A stretch of 64,000 nt of DNA from Phyllobates terribilis. Lineage: Eukaryota. This document shows, one piece after another, positions 47,555-58,336 of this stretch. Within the stretch, counting starts at the first letter, position 1. Each line of letters starts with the position of its first letter. The DNA lies in assembly GCF_046119375.1 (NCBI RefSeq), contig NW_027362771.1, positions 580,878,001-580,942,000 of the forward strand. The letters run 5' to 3'. Both the position numbers and the translations under genes were made by a program. Below the pieces are notes generated by a model. That model made no database searches. It worked only from the letters and a program-made list of their open reading frames with translations, and was not told where the DNA came from.

Positions 47555-48750
47555 GTGACTGGGGGGCCGCACTCCACCTGGGCCCAGGGTGACTGGGTCA
47601 CCGCCCTCTGCTCGGACCCAGGGTGACTGGGTCACCACCCTCTGCTCGGGTCCAGGGTGACTGGGTCACCGCCCTCTGTCTGGGCCCACGGTGACTGGGG
47701 GGGGCCACCCTCTGTCCGGGCCCAGGGTAACTGGGGGGGGGGGGCGCACTCTGCCTGGGCCCAAGGTGACTGGGGAGGCCACACTCTGCCTGGGCCCAAG
47801 GTGACTGGGGAGGCCACACTCTGCCTGGGCCCAGGGTGACTTGGGGGCCACACTCTGCCTTGGCCCAGGGTGACAGGGGCGACAAACTCTGACTGGGGGG
47901 CCACACTATGCCCGGGCCAAGGGTAACTGGGGGGGGCCATCCTCTGTCCGGGCTTATGGTGACTGGGGGCCGCCCTCAGCTTAGGCCCAGGGTGACTGGG
48001 GGGGGCGCACTCTGTCTGGGCCCAGGGTAACTGGGGGGGCCGCCCTCTGCTCGGGCCCAGGGTAACTGGGGGGGCCATCCTCTGTCCGGGCTTATGGTGA
48101 CTGGGGGCCACCCTCAGCTTAGGCCCAGGGTGACTGGGGGGGCCGCACTCTGTCTGGGCCGAGGGTGACTGGGGGGGCCGCCCTCTGCTCGGGCCCAGAG
48201 TGACTGGGGGGGCCACCCTCTGTCCGGGCTTATTGTGACTTGGGGCCGCCATCTGCTTGGGCCCAGGGTGACTGGGGGGGGGCGCACTCTGTCCGGGCCC
48301 AGGGTGACTGGGGGGGCCGCACTCTGCCTGGGCCTAGTGTGACTGGGGAGGCCACACTCTGCCTGGGCCCAAGGTGACTGGGGAGCCACACTCTGCCTGG
48401 GCCCAGGGTGACTTGGGGGCCACACTCTGCCTGGGCCCAGGGTGACTTGGGGGCCACACTCTGCCTGGGCCCAGGGTGACAGGGGCGACAAACTCTGACT
48501 GGGGGGCCACACTATGCCCGGGCCAAGGGGGACCGGGGGCTGCCCTCTGTATGGGCCCAGGGTGACTGGGGGAGCCACCCTCTGCCCAGGGTGACTGGTG
48601 GGCTGAACTCTGACTGGGGCCAGGGTGACTGGGGGGGCCGCACTCTGCCTTGGCCCAGGGTGACTGGTGGGCTGAACTCTGACTTGGGCCAGGGTGACTG
48701 GGGGTCTTCACTCTGCCTGGGCCCAGGGTGACTGGTGGGCTGCACTCTGC
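47555..48750 (+). repeat. About 32-35-bp GC-rich minisatellite (gggcccagggtgactggggggccgcactctgcct)
   Basis: Direct repeats with higher-order variant units. Confidence 0.93.
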
Positions 48751-49352
48751 CCAGGCTTTGATTTGCAGAACCCAACATACGGTATGTATAGAGAGTGCTC
48801 AGGAGCCATGTTATATGGCCGCCACCCAGTGCTCCGATCGCAGCAATTTAACCTCTTTAGATGCCGCTGACAATAGTAACCGCAACATTTAGGAGGTTTG
48901 AAATACGTCTGAGTCCCCTAGAGGGGACAAATAAAAATGAAAAAAAAATACAAAATTATAAAAGTCCATATCACCGCCTTTTTCCTGTAATTAAAATCCA
49001 AAATATGAAAAAATATATCAAAATAAATAATAAAAATATTAAATAATTAAAAAAGAAATAAGAAAAAAATATATTTGTTATCGCCGTGTGTGCAATCGAA
49101 ATGGCAAAATCACAGATTTTTAAGGATTTTACACCCCCCACCCAAAAAAATGGAATAAAATGATTTTGGAGAAGTCGTATGGATCAAAAAGTGGTGCCTA
49201 TAAAAGACTACAGCTCATACCGTAAAAAAACACCCTGATATAATGGTATCAAAGAAGAAATTAAAACGTTATATTTATTGAAGGCGAAGAGGGGCCCTCT
49301 GAGACGACTTCGCCATGTACTGACCTATTTCTGCTTTCTCTAACCCCCCCAG

Positions 49353-49700
49353 CCTCCGTCATTTGCCTCCCGGCCACCAGAGAAGGTCCAGGTCTCCGCC
49401 ATAAGGAACATTCTGGAAAGCTATCTCCCATTACGGTTGGGGGACACCACCTATGAGCCCCAAAAAGTGCCATCGCTAGTGAAGGAGATCAGCGAGGAGA
49501 TCAGGAGCCAGGTGAAGAAGGTCTTACCTGCACGATACAAGATGCTATGTGTGGCCACCATGGGCGAGAGGGGTCAGGAAGACATCAAAGTGGTCAGCCG
49601 CTGCCTCTGGGACCCCCATGCTGACAATTATGCAGCTCACGTGTACCAGAATGATAGTCTGTTCTGTGTGGTGTCTGTATACATGGTATTCTGCGAGTGA
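49353..49700 (+). CDS. Tctex-1 domain gene, last coding exon containing the whole Tctex-1 domain
   Basis: cccag|CCT; PPSFASRPPEKVQVSAIRNILESYL...YEPQKVPSLVKEISEEIRSQVKKV...RYKMLC...MGE...VVSRCLWDPHADNYA...YQNDSLFCVVSVYMVFCE*, with the hallmark RYK, SRCLWD and N.SLF motifs; AATAAA at 50121-50126. Confidence 0.9.
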   Translation, partial: PPSFASRPPEKVQVSAIRNILESYLPLRLGDTTYEPQKVPSLVKEISEEIRSQVKKVLPARYKMLCVATMGERGQEDIKVVSRCLWDPHADNYAAHVYQNDSLFCVVSVYMVFCE

Positions 49701-50309
49701 CACTGTGTGGGCCTGCTATGTGGCCGTCACTATATGTCCTGTCTGTCGTCAATGCCACCCCGGCCGTGGACCCAAGGACATTACTCTGCCCGCCGCATAC
49801 AAAGAAACTATGGAGGGAAAACAGACTTGTCAGACTCTGCTGTCTCTAGTAGTTATGGGGAAATGGAGTTTTCAGATGCTCTTAAAGGGTTAATCAGGGG
49901 GCACTAATGATGCCCATCACACAGCCCCCTGTATTGGAGTCTGGTGGGCTGCGCGCAGCATCAAATGTCCAGCTAAGACGGACACTATGGGGCATAACGT
50001 CAGCGAAAAGTCATATATATATATGTAACTACCCCGAAAACCGCTACCAGCCCCCCCCCACCCCCCACGTCTGGACATCACACGAATATCTCACCATGAA
50101 TCTAATGTGTAAGACGTCCCAATAAACCTTCAGGGTCTGGTTACAGATCCAGTGTCCGGTGCTCAGTTATCGGCTGTGATGTGGGATCAGATTTATTCTC
50201 CAGAATAGAAATCCCCGACCTTTATGAATAGAAGTGTTTGTGACCAGCTGCCAATGGAAAGCTGGAGAACGAGGGGCGTAGTGGTACCTCAAATATCAAC
50301 GTGTCCATA

Positions 50310-51345
50310 TCCTGCACCCCAAGTGTCATCATCTCATCCTGCAGCCAGAGTGTCAGCGTCATCATCTCATTATCCTGCACCCCGAATGTCAGCGTCATTA
50401 TCTTGTATCCTGAGTGTCATTATCCTGTACCCCAAGTGTCATTATCCTGTACCCCGAGTATCAGTGTCATTATCCTGTACCCCAAGTGTCATTATCCTGT
50501 ACCCTGAGTGTGTGTCATTATCCTGCACCCCGAGTGTCAGCATCATTATCCTGTACCCCGAGTGTCAGTGTGATTATCCTGTACCCCTAGTGTCAGTGTC
50601 ATTATCCTGTACCCCAAGTGTCAGTGTCCTTATGCTGCACCCCGAGCGTCAGTGTCATTATCTTGCACCCCGAGTGTCAGCGTCCTTATCCTGTACCCCA
50701 AGTGTCAGTATCATTATCCTGTACCCCAAGTGTCAGTGTCATTATCTTGCACCCCGAGTGTCAGCGTCCTTATCCTGTACCCCAAGTGTCAGTGTCCTTA
50801 TCCTGTACTCCGAGTGTCAGCGTCATTGTCCTGTACCCCGAGGGTCAGCGTCATCGTCCTGTACCCCAAGTGTCAGTGTCCTTATGCTGCACCCCGAGCG
50901 TCAGTGTCATTATCTTGCACCCCAAGTGTCAGTGTCCTTATCCTGTACTCCGAGTGTCAGCGTCATTGTCCTGTAACCCAAGTGTCATTATCCTGTACCC
51001 CGAGTGTCAGTGTCATTATGCTGTACCCCGAGTGTCATCATCCTGTACACCGAGTGTCAGCGTCATTATCCTGTACCCCGAGTGTCATTAACCTGTACCC
51101 CGAGTGTCAGCGTCATTATCCTGTACCCCGAGTGTCAGCGTCATTGTCCTGTACCCCGATTGTCAACGTCATTGTCCTGTACCCAGGGGGTCAGCGTCAT
51201 CGTCCTGTACCCCGAGGGTCAGCGTCATCGTCATCGTCCTGTACCCCGAGTGTCAGCGTCATCGTCCTGTACCCCGAGTGTTATTATCCTGCACCCCGCG
51301 TGTCAGCGTCATTGTCCTGTACCCCGAGTGTCATTATCCTGTACC
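50310..51345 (+). repeat. About 28-bp minisatellite (tatcctgtaccccgagtgtcagcgtcat)
   Basis: Direct repeats visible. Confidence 0.93.
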
Positions 51346-51634
51346 GGACCAGTGCCGCTGCTTCATTTTTCCGCTGGCTCAAACAGAATGTCAAGGCTGC
51401 AACTGATCAGTCATCACTGATTGACTGTAGCCGTCATGTATTGCCCCATTGAGGGAGCTTTCAAAAATAGTGGAAACCCCCTTTAAGATCCCACTATGTC
51501 TTCACTAGAAATAAATGAGCGAAACCGCGACAATCCGCCCCGGACCCTTCTCCGCTGGTATCAAACATCGCAGCCACGGACATGGCGCACTGGGATACAG
51601 GGACCGGTTTATCTCCACTGCACGGTCACAATAA

Positions 51635-51648
51635 CTGCCCCCTAGTGG
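51635..51648 (-). promoter_or_regulatory. CTCF core motif, reverse
   Basis: Reverse complement CCACTAGGGGGCAG. Confidence 0.5.
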
Positions 51649-52179
51649 TCAGGAACTGTGATGGCGCGTCAACACAACAGGACAAGGCAGCTGCTGTCAG
51701 TCACGGGTGTCATCAAAGCAGAAAACGGTGCAGGATGTCCCTCAGCATGTGGTTACTATGGTGACCAACTGACACACAGCTGTGCCTTAACCCCCCTCCC
51801 CCGGTCTAATGCTGTTAAGCCTCCATCGCTGATCCCAGTGCCTGTTACAGCCTGTCACATCAACAGCGCTGCTGCCAATCACTGAGCTCAACGGCTCTAC
51901 CCGAACTGAGGTCATGGCACAGAGGTTTTACAAAAATGGAAAATCCCTTTAATATTTTCTTAAAGGGGCATATTTTCTTTATAGGGGCATTTACTGGGGA
52001 CATCTATGCAAATTATTTTGTAAAAAAAACAAACACTGGCATTCTTTTATATCTGACTGTAAATGGACCGGTACTGAGTCAGGGGTGGGGGGGCAAATCA
52101 TTGAAGTTGGGTCACATAGGTAACCACCTCACTCCATTATTATGTCACAAAAAATACCAACTACCCCACGGGCTGGATG

Positions 52180-52430
52180 GGCTCATGTCACGTGAACATT
52201 CTCAGCCGCAGTGGAGCACTGACTGCGCATGCGTCACTCTCTCGCCCAGTGCGGTTCAAGCCTCGCCGAGAGCGAGACGCCGCATCCAGCAGCTGATTGG
52301 CAGCCGGCGAATGAATGAGTGACCGCGCCCCTTTTCCCCTCTCCAGTCCTTTATCACGCCTCTCGGTATCACGTGGCCGGCGTGCTGAGGCAGGGGCCGC
52401 CATCTTAGTTAGGGCGGCTGCTCCATTCTT
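52180..52430. promoter_or_regulatory. CpG-island-like housekeeping promoter
   Basis: E-box TCACGTGA 52188-52195, NRF1 TGCGCATGCG 52224-52233, reverse CCAAT 52296-52300, CACGTG 52370-52375, YY1 GCCGCCATCTT 52396-52406. Confidence 0.6.
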
Positions 52431-53659
52431 CTGGAAACAAAGGGTGTGAGAAGTTCCTGAGGACCAGAGCCGCTGTCCTATAATAAACACACGTGCCATG
52501 CATGAACTAGCCACTAAGGACATGAATAAAAATAATTCAGGAAATAATAACTTTATTTAAAATCTGTGGAAGCAGCAAAAAAAACAGGAAAAAGCGGCAA
52601 TAATAAAAAAATGAAAAAGCGGCAATAATAAAAAAAACCATGAAAAAGGGGCAATAAAAAAAAGTGAAAAATCAGCAATAATAATGATTATTTTATGGAG
52701 AGAGCGCCGTGGTGGAAAGCGGCTGCGGCGCTCGTGTGCTGCAACAACCAGCAATTCACTTGGTGTCCTCTGACAACCTTTATTCCCAACACTCACTTTA
52801 TCAATCTGAGGGTCCGGTATCTGGGACACCCCCTGATCTAGGGGGTCACTGCACGACCCGAGGTCCTGATCTCGAGGGTCCCAGCTGTGGGACACATGGT
52901 AAACACAAAGTTATTCCCTATCCAATGAATAGAGGGTAACTTAAAGGGGTCATCCAGCTAAGATGACTTCTCTCCACTCTACGGGATAGGTGATAACTTA
53001 CTTGGACCAGTGGATCCCGGACAGTCGGCAGAAGGGGGCACATTTTTCCCCATTAGCATGGAGCCATGCGCCTGCCCGGCCGCCCGCCGCTCCGTTCATT
53101 GCCTATGGGGCTGTGGAGTTTTCCCGTCAGTCCCATAGAGAATGAACGGAGTTGCTCCATCCTAATGGGGATAAATGTGCCCCGTTCTGCCGATCGGTCC
53201 TGGTCTCAGTAAATGACCACCTGCCCCGTGGAGGGGTGATGACTTCTCCTCACTGGACAACCTTTTCATTTGGGAAAAACTAGAGACGAGCAATTCGATT
53301 CGCACTGCCCTGATGTGGCATCCAGCACAGCCCGCCGCGGCAGGGGGCATTCACCCTCGTCTCACCATCCTAGGCACCTCTGTCGCTTACTAGACACCCA
53401 AGATGTCTCAGGAGCCACTGAGCCCCTCAAAATGACAATCTGAGCATGAAGAAGTGAAGACCACCTGCCAGAGTGGTCTGCACTGAATGCCAGAGCAGGG
53501 TAGAGCGAATCAAATTGCTCTTCTCTACGAATAACCCTTTAAGACCTTCAATGGGAACCAAGAAGAATTTCCCAACCCCACCTCCGAGCTCCTTATAAGC
53601 ACTGAATTGTTGAATTTAAGAAGGGGGGGCATTAAAGGGTAAAACAGCAGACGTGGCAT

Positions 53660-54390
53660 GGTAGGGACGTAATGGTGGAGGACAGGGGCATAATGGTGGA
53701 GGACAGGGGCGTAATGGTGGAGGACAGGGGCGTAATGGTGTACAGGGGCATAATTGTGGAGGACAGTGGCGTAATGGTGGATAGGGACGTAATGGTGGAA
53801 GACAGGGGTGTAATGGTGGACAGGGGCGTAATGGTGGAGGACAGGGGCATAATGGTGGAGGACAGGGGCGTAATGGTGGACAGGGACGTAATGGTGGAGG
53901 ACAGGGGCGTAATGGTGGAAGACAGGTGTGTAATGGTGGACTGCAGGGGCTTTATGGTGAAGGACAGGGGCGTAATGGTGGACAGGGGCGTAATGGTGGA
54001 GGACAGGGGCGTAATGGTGGACGGGGGCATAATGGTGAAGGACAGGGACGTAATGGTGAAGGACAAGGGCATAATGGTGTAGGACAGGGGCGTAATGGTG
54101 TAGGACAGGGGCGTAATGGTGGACAGGGGCGTAATGGTGGACAAGGGCGTAATGGTGAAGGACGGGGCGTAATGGTGTAGAACGGGGGCGTAATGGTGTA
54201 GGACGGGGGCGTAATGGTGAAGGACGGGGGCGTAATGGTGGAGGACGGGGACGTAATGGTGGAGGACGGGGGCGTAATGGTGGAGGACGGGGGCGTAATG
54301 GTGGAGGACGGGGACGTAATGGTGGAGGACGGGGACGTAATGGTGGAGGACGGGGGCGTAATGGTGGAGGACGGGGGCATAATGGTGGAG
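53660..54390 (+). repeat. 21-bp (and 18-bp variant) minisatellite (ggcgtaatggtggaggacagg)
   Basis: Direct repeats; source of ORFs 53525-54595 and 53632-54144. Confidence 0.95.
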
Positions 54391-54719
54391 GACAGGGATT
54401 AATCCTAATTATTCTCATGATTTCTTTCCATGTTGGCGCTTTTCCATTTCGTAAAACCCCATTCACACACCCGGGATGTGCATTGTGCTTGTGCATGATC
54501 GCAGCCATACTGTTAGGTACGATCGCCCTTATAGTGGGGTCATTATATAAAAAACAGCGCCCCTTGCTCCCTATACGCCATGGAGTAATACACAAGTCAC
54601 ATGGAAGATGCCATGGTTCTTACAGAGTTAATGAAAACACTTGAATAGAAAAGTGGCATCGTGAGACTGAAGTTGGCGACTACATGAAGCCTATTAGGAC
54701 CAAGTGGCACCTGCCCTTA

Positions 54720-54951
54720 TTAAAGATGGCGGCTGCTTCCCCCAGCCGTCTCCATGGCAATCAATACAATCCTTTTTTTCTATAGGACAAAGAAGGAGCG
54801 ACGTCATGACGTCACACCGTCCATGCCGCGTTTGAAGTATATAATGCAGAGGGGGAGGGGAGAAGAGCTTAGTTGAGCAGTATTGGCCACGGGAAAGGGG
54901 GCTGCAGTCGGCTGAGTCCCGGAGAGCGGAGGCTGCCGGAGGTGTGGAGAG
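54720..54951 (+). promoter_or_regulatory. Candidate SMARCA4 promoter and non-coding first exon
   Basis: YY1 AAGATGGCGGC 54723-54733, X-box-like GTCTCCATGGCAAT 54747-54760, CRE TGACGTCA 54807-54814, and a GC-rich stretch ending in the strong donor GAG|gtgagc at 54951/54952. Confidence 0.45.
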
Positions 54952-55559
54952 GTGAGCGGCGGACTGTGGCGGGGAGAGCTCGGCCTCTAGAGGGAGCTGT
55001 GCCCGGGCACAGAGGAGGAGGGGAGCGGACTGGGCAGTCATTGAATGAAGTGGGCGGGTAGTGGGAGGTGCAGCAGGGACAAAGGGGCCTGATAGCAGCG
55101 AGGAGCTCCAGGTATTGGGGTGCTGTGGGCAGGGCTGGCACTGACCTTCTGTGAGGGGCAGGTGGGTTACACTGGGCACTGCCATTACTTGTGCCATGCC
55201 CCTGGCATCATGTGCCCCCCATGCACATCAATCATCTCTGTACTTTCTATAAGTTGCCCCAAAAAGTAGTCATTGACCTTTTAGTTTTAGTTACCTATGT
55301 TGGGTAAGTGGCCTGGGGGCAAACTAATTAGCGGCACTGATTGGTGGGGTCTCGATGGGTAGACCCCCACTGATTGCAGATGTGATACCAGACATGGACA
55401 TGATGGAGATGGGCACTGGGTGGCACGGTCTTGGTTACAGTTGGGTCCAGGGCATGGGGTGGGGATCGGCTGGTGGCGCTCCTGAGTGTGGAGGTGCCAG
55501 GGAGGCGCCATTCCATGTGATCGCAGGGTATATAGCATGTCAGTGGTGTCTGGAGTAAC

Positions 55560-55800
55560 GGGCATTTGCTGATCGCAGGCTGGCATGGTGACTGCCGACA
55601 ATTCCCACACTCCTCCCGGATGAGGCTGGCATTGTGGTGCCAGGCTGGCATGGTGACTGCCGACAATTCCCATACTCCTCCTGGATGAGGCTGGCATTGT
55701 GGTGCCAGGCTGGCATGGTGACTGCCGACAATTCCCACACTTCTCCTGGATGAGGGTGGCATCATGGTGACAATTCCCACACTCTTCTGGATGAGGCTGG
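55560..55800 (+). repeat. About 65-bp tandem repeat, 3-4 copies (ggctggcatggtgactgccgacaattcccacactcctc...)
   Basis: Direct repeats visible. Confidence 0.8.
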
Positions 55801-58247
55801 CATACTTGGCTGCTTATTGCTGGACCTGCGTAATATATATTTTTGGTTGGTAGGACGTTACTGGGCACACGGTAATGTAGAGTAGATGCCAGGAGCTATA
55901 AATGACTGCTGATCTATCTAGATGACCCATGTGTGGCGTGATTGGCATCTATGGTAATTGACCCACCTCTGAATTGGAGGTATGTTTTTGGCAAAGCCTG
56001 TAACACATTATGCCTTTTTGGTTTATCTGGTGCACGTGACTTGCGAAGGAGGAGGATACGGGCATGATGGGCGGGGGACGACTTCGGAGCATTGGTCACT
56101 ATGGTGGTCCTCTTCATGGTGGCAGTGGCGTACTTGATCTTGTGCCATGTCTAGATCTTCTTGTTTCCAGGGGCTGTGGGTGGTCACAGGTTATATATGG
56201 ACCAGGTGGAGACTAAAGGTGATCGGATCACCGCTATTCCTTCCGACTCCGCCATACACGTGCATGCTCGATTTGGCAGATTGTGTGCGTGTAGTCAATG
56301 TGGGAGAAGCGTAAGCCGCTGCAAGACTCCTCCAAGGACCAAGCTGAAATTCTGCTGCCAAGACGTTGTCATAAGCATGGCCGCCTACAGATGGCACCTC
56401 TCCATGAACGGGCAGAGGTATCACAGTGGCGAGAGGGGGGCTGGCAGCTGCAGGGCACATTTTCCAGCTTAGTAGCGGATAGTTGAACCCTTGTTTTCCC
56501 CCATGTCTGCCCCATACACACGAGGGTATTGGCGGATCCTTTTTCCGTAATGGATATAGGCAAAGCTAAAGTAAATCTTCATCTCAACACGGCTCTATTA
56601 AAGGGATTCTTCATCACTGGAGACGTTTTATTCCCAAGGACAGGCTGCACACATCAGTCCGAGGAGGAACAACTTTTGATCATCTAATGGAATAATGGAG
56701 CTGAAGGAGGTCATTGCTTTATGCCAGGCAGCTCTTAAATCTCATTGGCTAAAACTGATCACCTGACCGCTGCCATAATGGCACCAATTGTTGGGTAGGG
56801 TGTGCTACTTTACATAAAGCGCATGCTAAATTTCAAGGCTCATTCACAGTGGTGCTGGAGGAATTGGTGGGACGTCTGTCATCACTTTAGTTAGTACAAT
56901 TGGAAGATGATAAATGGTTCCTTTTACCACCTGTTATCAGTCTGGTGCTGGTAGCGGCCCTGGTGGCTCAGGGGTGGGGTCCTTGTAGCAGCCTAGGGGA
57001 GGGGTGACACTGGTAGCTAGTCTGGTGGGTCAGGGGACAGATGGGGATTCTAATATCAGCCCTGGTGGCTTGGGGAATGAGGAGATGGGGTTCTCGCAGT
57101 GGCTCGGGGAGGGGTTGGACTTCTGGTAACGACGCTGGCAGCATTTGGCGCATGGGTCTTAGTTGCGACCCCGGTGGCTCGGGACGGAGGGTTGGTTGCG
57201 GTTCTGGTATCTGCCTTGGGGGCTGTGGGTACTGCTGGCGGCTCAGGGATGGCTAGTACCGTGCAGCGGCCCTGGCTGCTCAGGAGGGGGGATTTCTAGT
57301 AGCAGCCCTGGTGACTCGGGAAAGTGGGGTGGGGCTCTGCTAGAGGCTCAGCAGGCTCCAGGAAGGGGGGCTGCTGGCAGCCGCCCTGGTGGCTCAGGGA
57401 TGTGGAGTAGCTGGTAGCAGCCCTTGTGGTACGGGGGAGGTGTAGCTGGTGTCGATTTGGTGGTTGGGTGGGGGGGTTGGGGTAGCTGGTAGCTACCCTT
57501 ATGGCTTAGGGATGGGGTGTAGCTTTTAATGACTCTGAACGGAGGCTTCTAGTAGCGGCTCTGATGATTCGGGTGGGGGAGATGGGGCTCTTCCTGAGTC
57601 CCTGGTGGCTTGAGGAAGGGAAGGGGGGGGTGCTGGTAGCGGCCCCGGTCACTCAAGGATGGGGAAGTAGGTGGTAACAATCCTGGTGGTTCGGGGGGTG
57701 GGGGATAGCCGGTCCTGGTGGCTTGAGTGGGTGGTTGTTGCTTGATTGTGGGGTTGTTGGTGGTCCTGGTGGTAGGTAGTTCCTCAGCTTGCTGTTTCCA
57801 TAGGGCTTTAAGCAGACTAGATATTTTCCGCGCCCACGGTGACCCCCTTGCACCCAACAATCTACATTTCATAGATCTTGCCTTTCTTACAGGTGTGTTC
57901 CCATCTTCTAAGTAAATGGGATAGCTCCATGTACCCCTGTATGCCATCATTTTATGATCATTGGTGGTCCGTCCTCTACTGAATCAGCGGGCTGCTGTGC
58001 TGGCTTAGAGCGGGATCCCTTTTTACATTTTCAACGCACATCACTGCACCCACCCCATTCACTTTAATGGGGTCTTGCCGCAATTCATTGCATATCTGGT
58101 TGCTGGTAGTTGCTGCTGTGATGCGGGACACTGCGCTGCTCCACATCGGTACGATGTGATTTATCCTCTCCGTTTTCTGTGAACCTTAGGTTTGTGAGCC
58201 TTGTGCTGAGGTTGCCTTGTGTGCCTGCCCCCCCCCCCCCCCCCCCT

Positions 58248-58336
58248 CCATGGTCGCCCTCTGGGCTGCTCCCCCATGGTCGCCCTCTGGGCTGCTCCCC
58301 CATGGTCGCCCTCTGGGCTGCTCCCCCATGGTCGCC
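58248..58336 (+). repeat. 27-bp tandem repeat x3 (ccatggtcgccctctgggctgctcccc)
   Basis: Direct repeats visible. Confidence 0.85.

Noticed and set aside
52188-52523. 111-aa minus-strand ORF containing aagATGGCG
   Set aside because: Explained by a GC-rich promoter and a YY1 motif; no homology or exon structure.
55880-57950. Several 60-130 aa ORFs and degenerate repeats upstream of SMARCA4
   Set aside because: No conserved domain recognised; most likely ancient transposon debris. Left unclassified.
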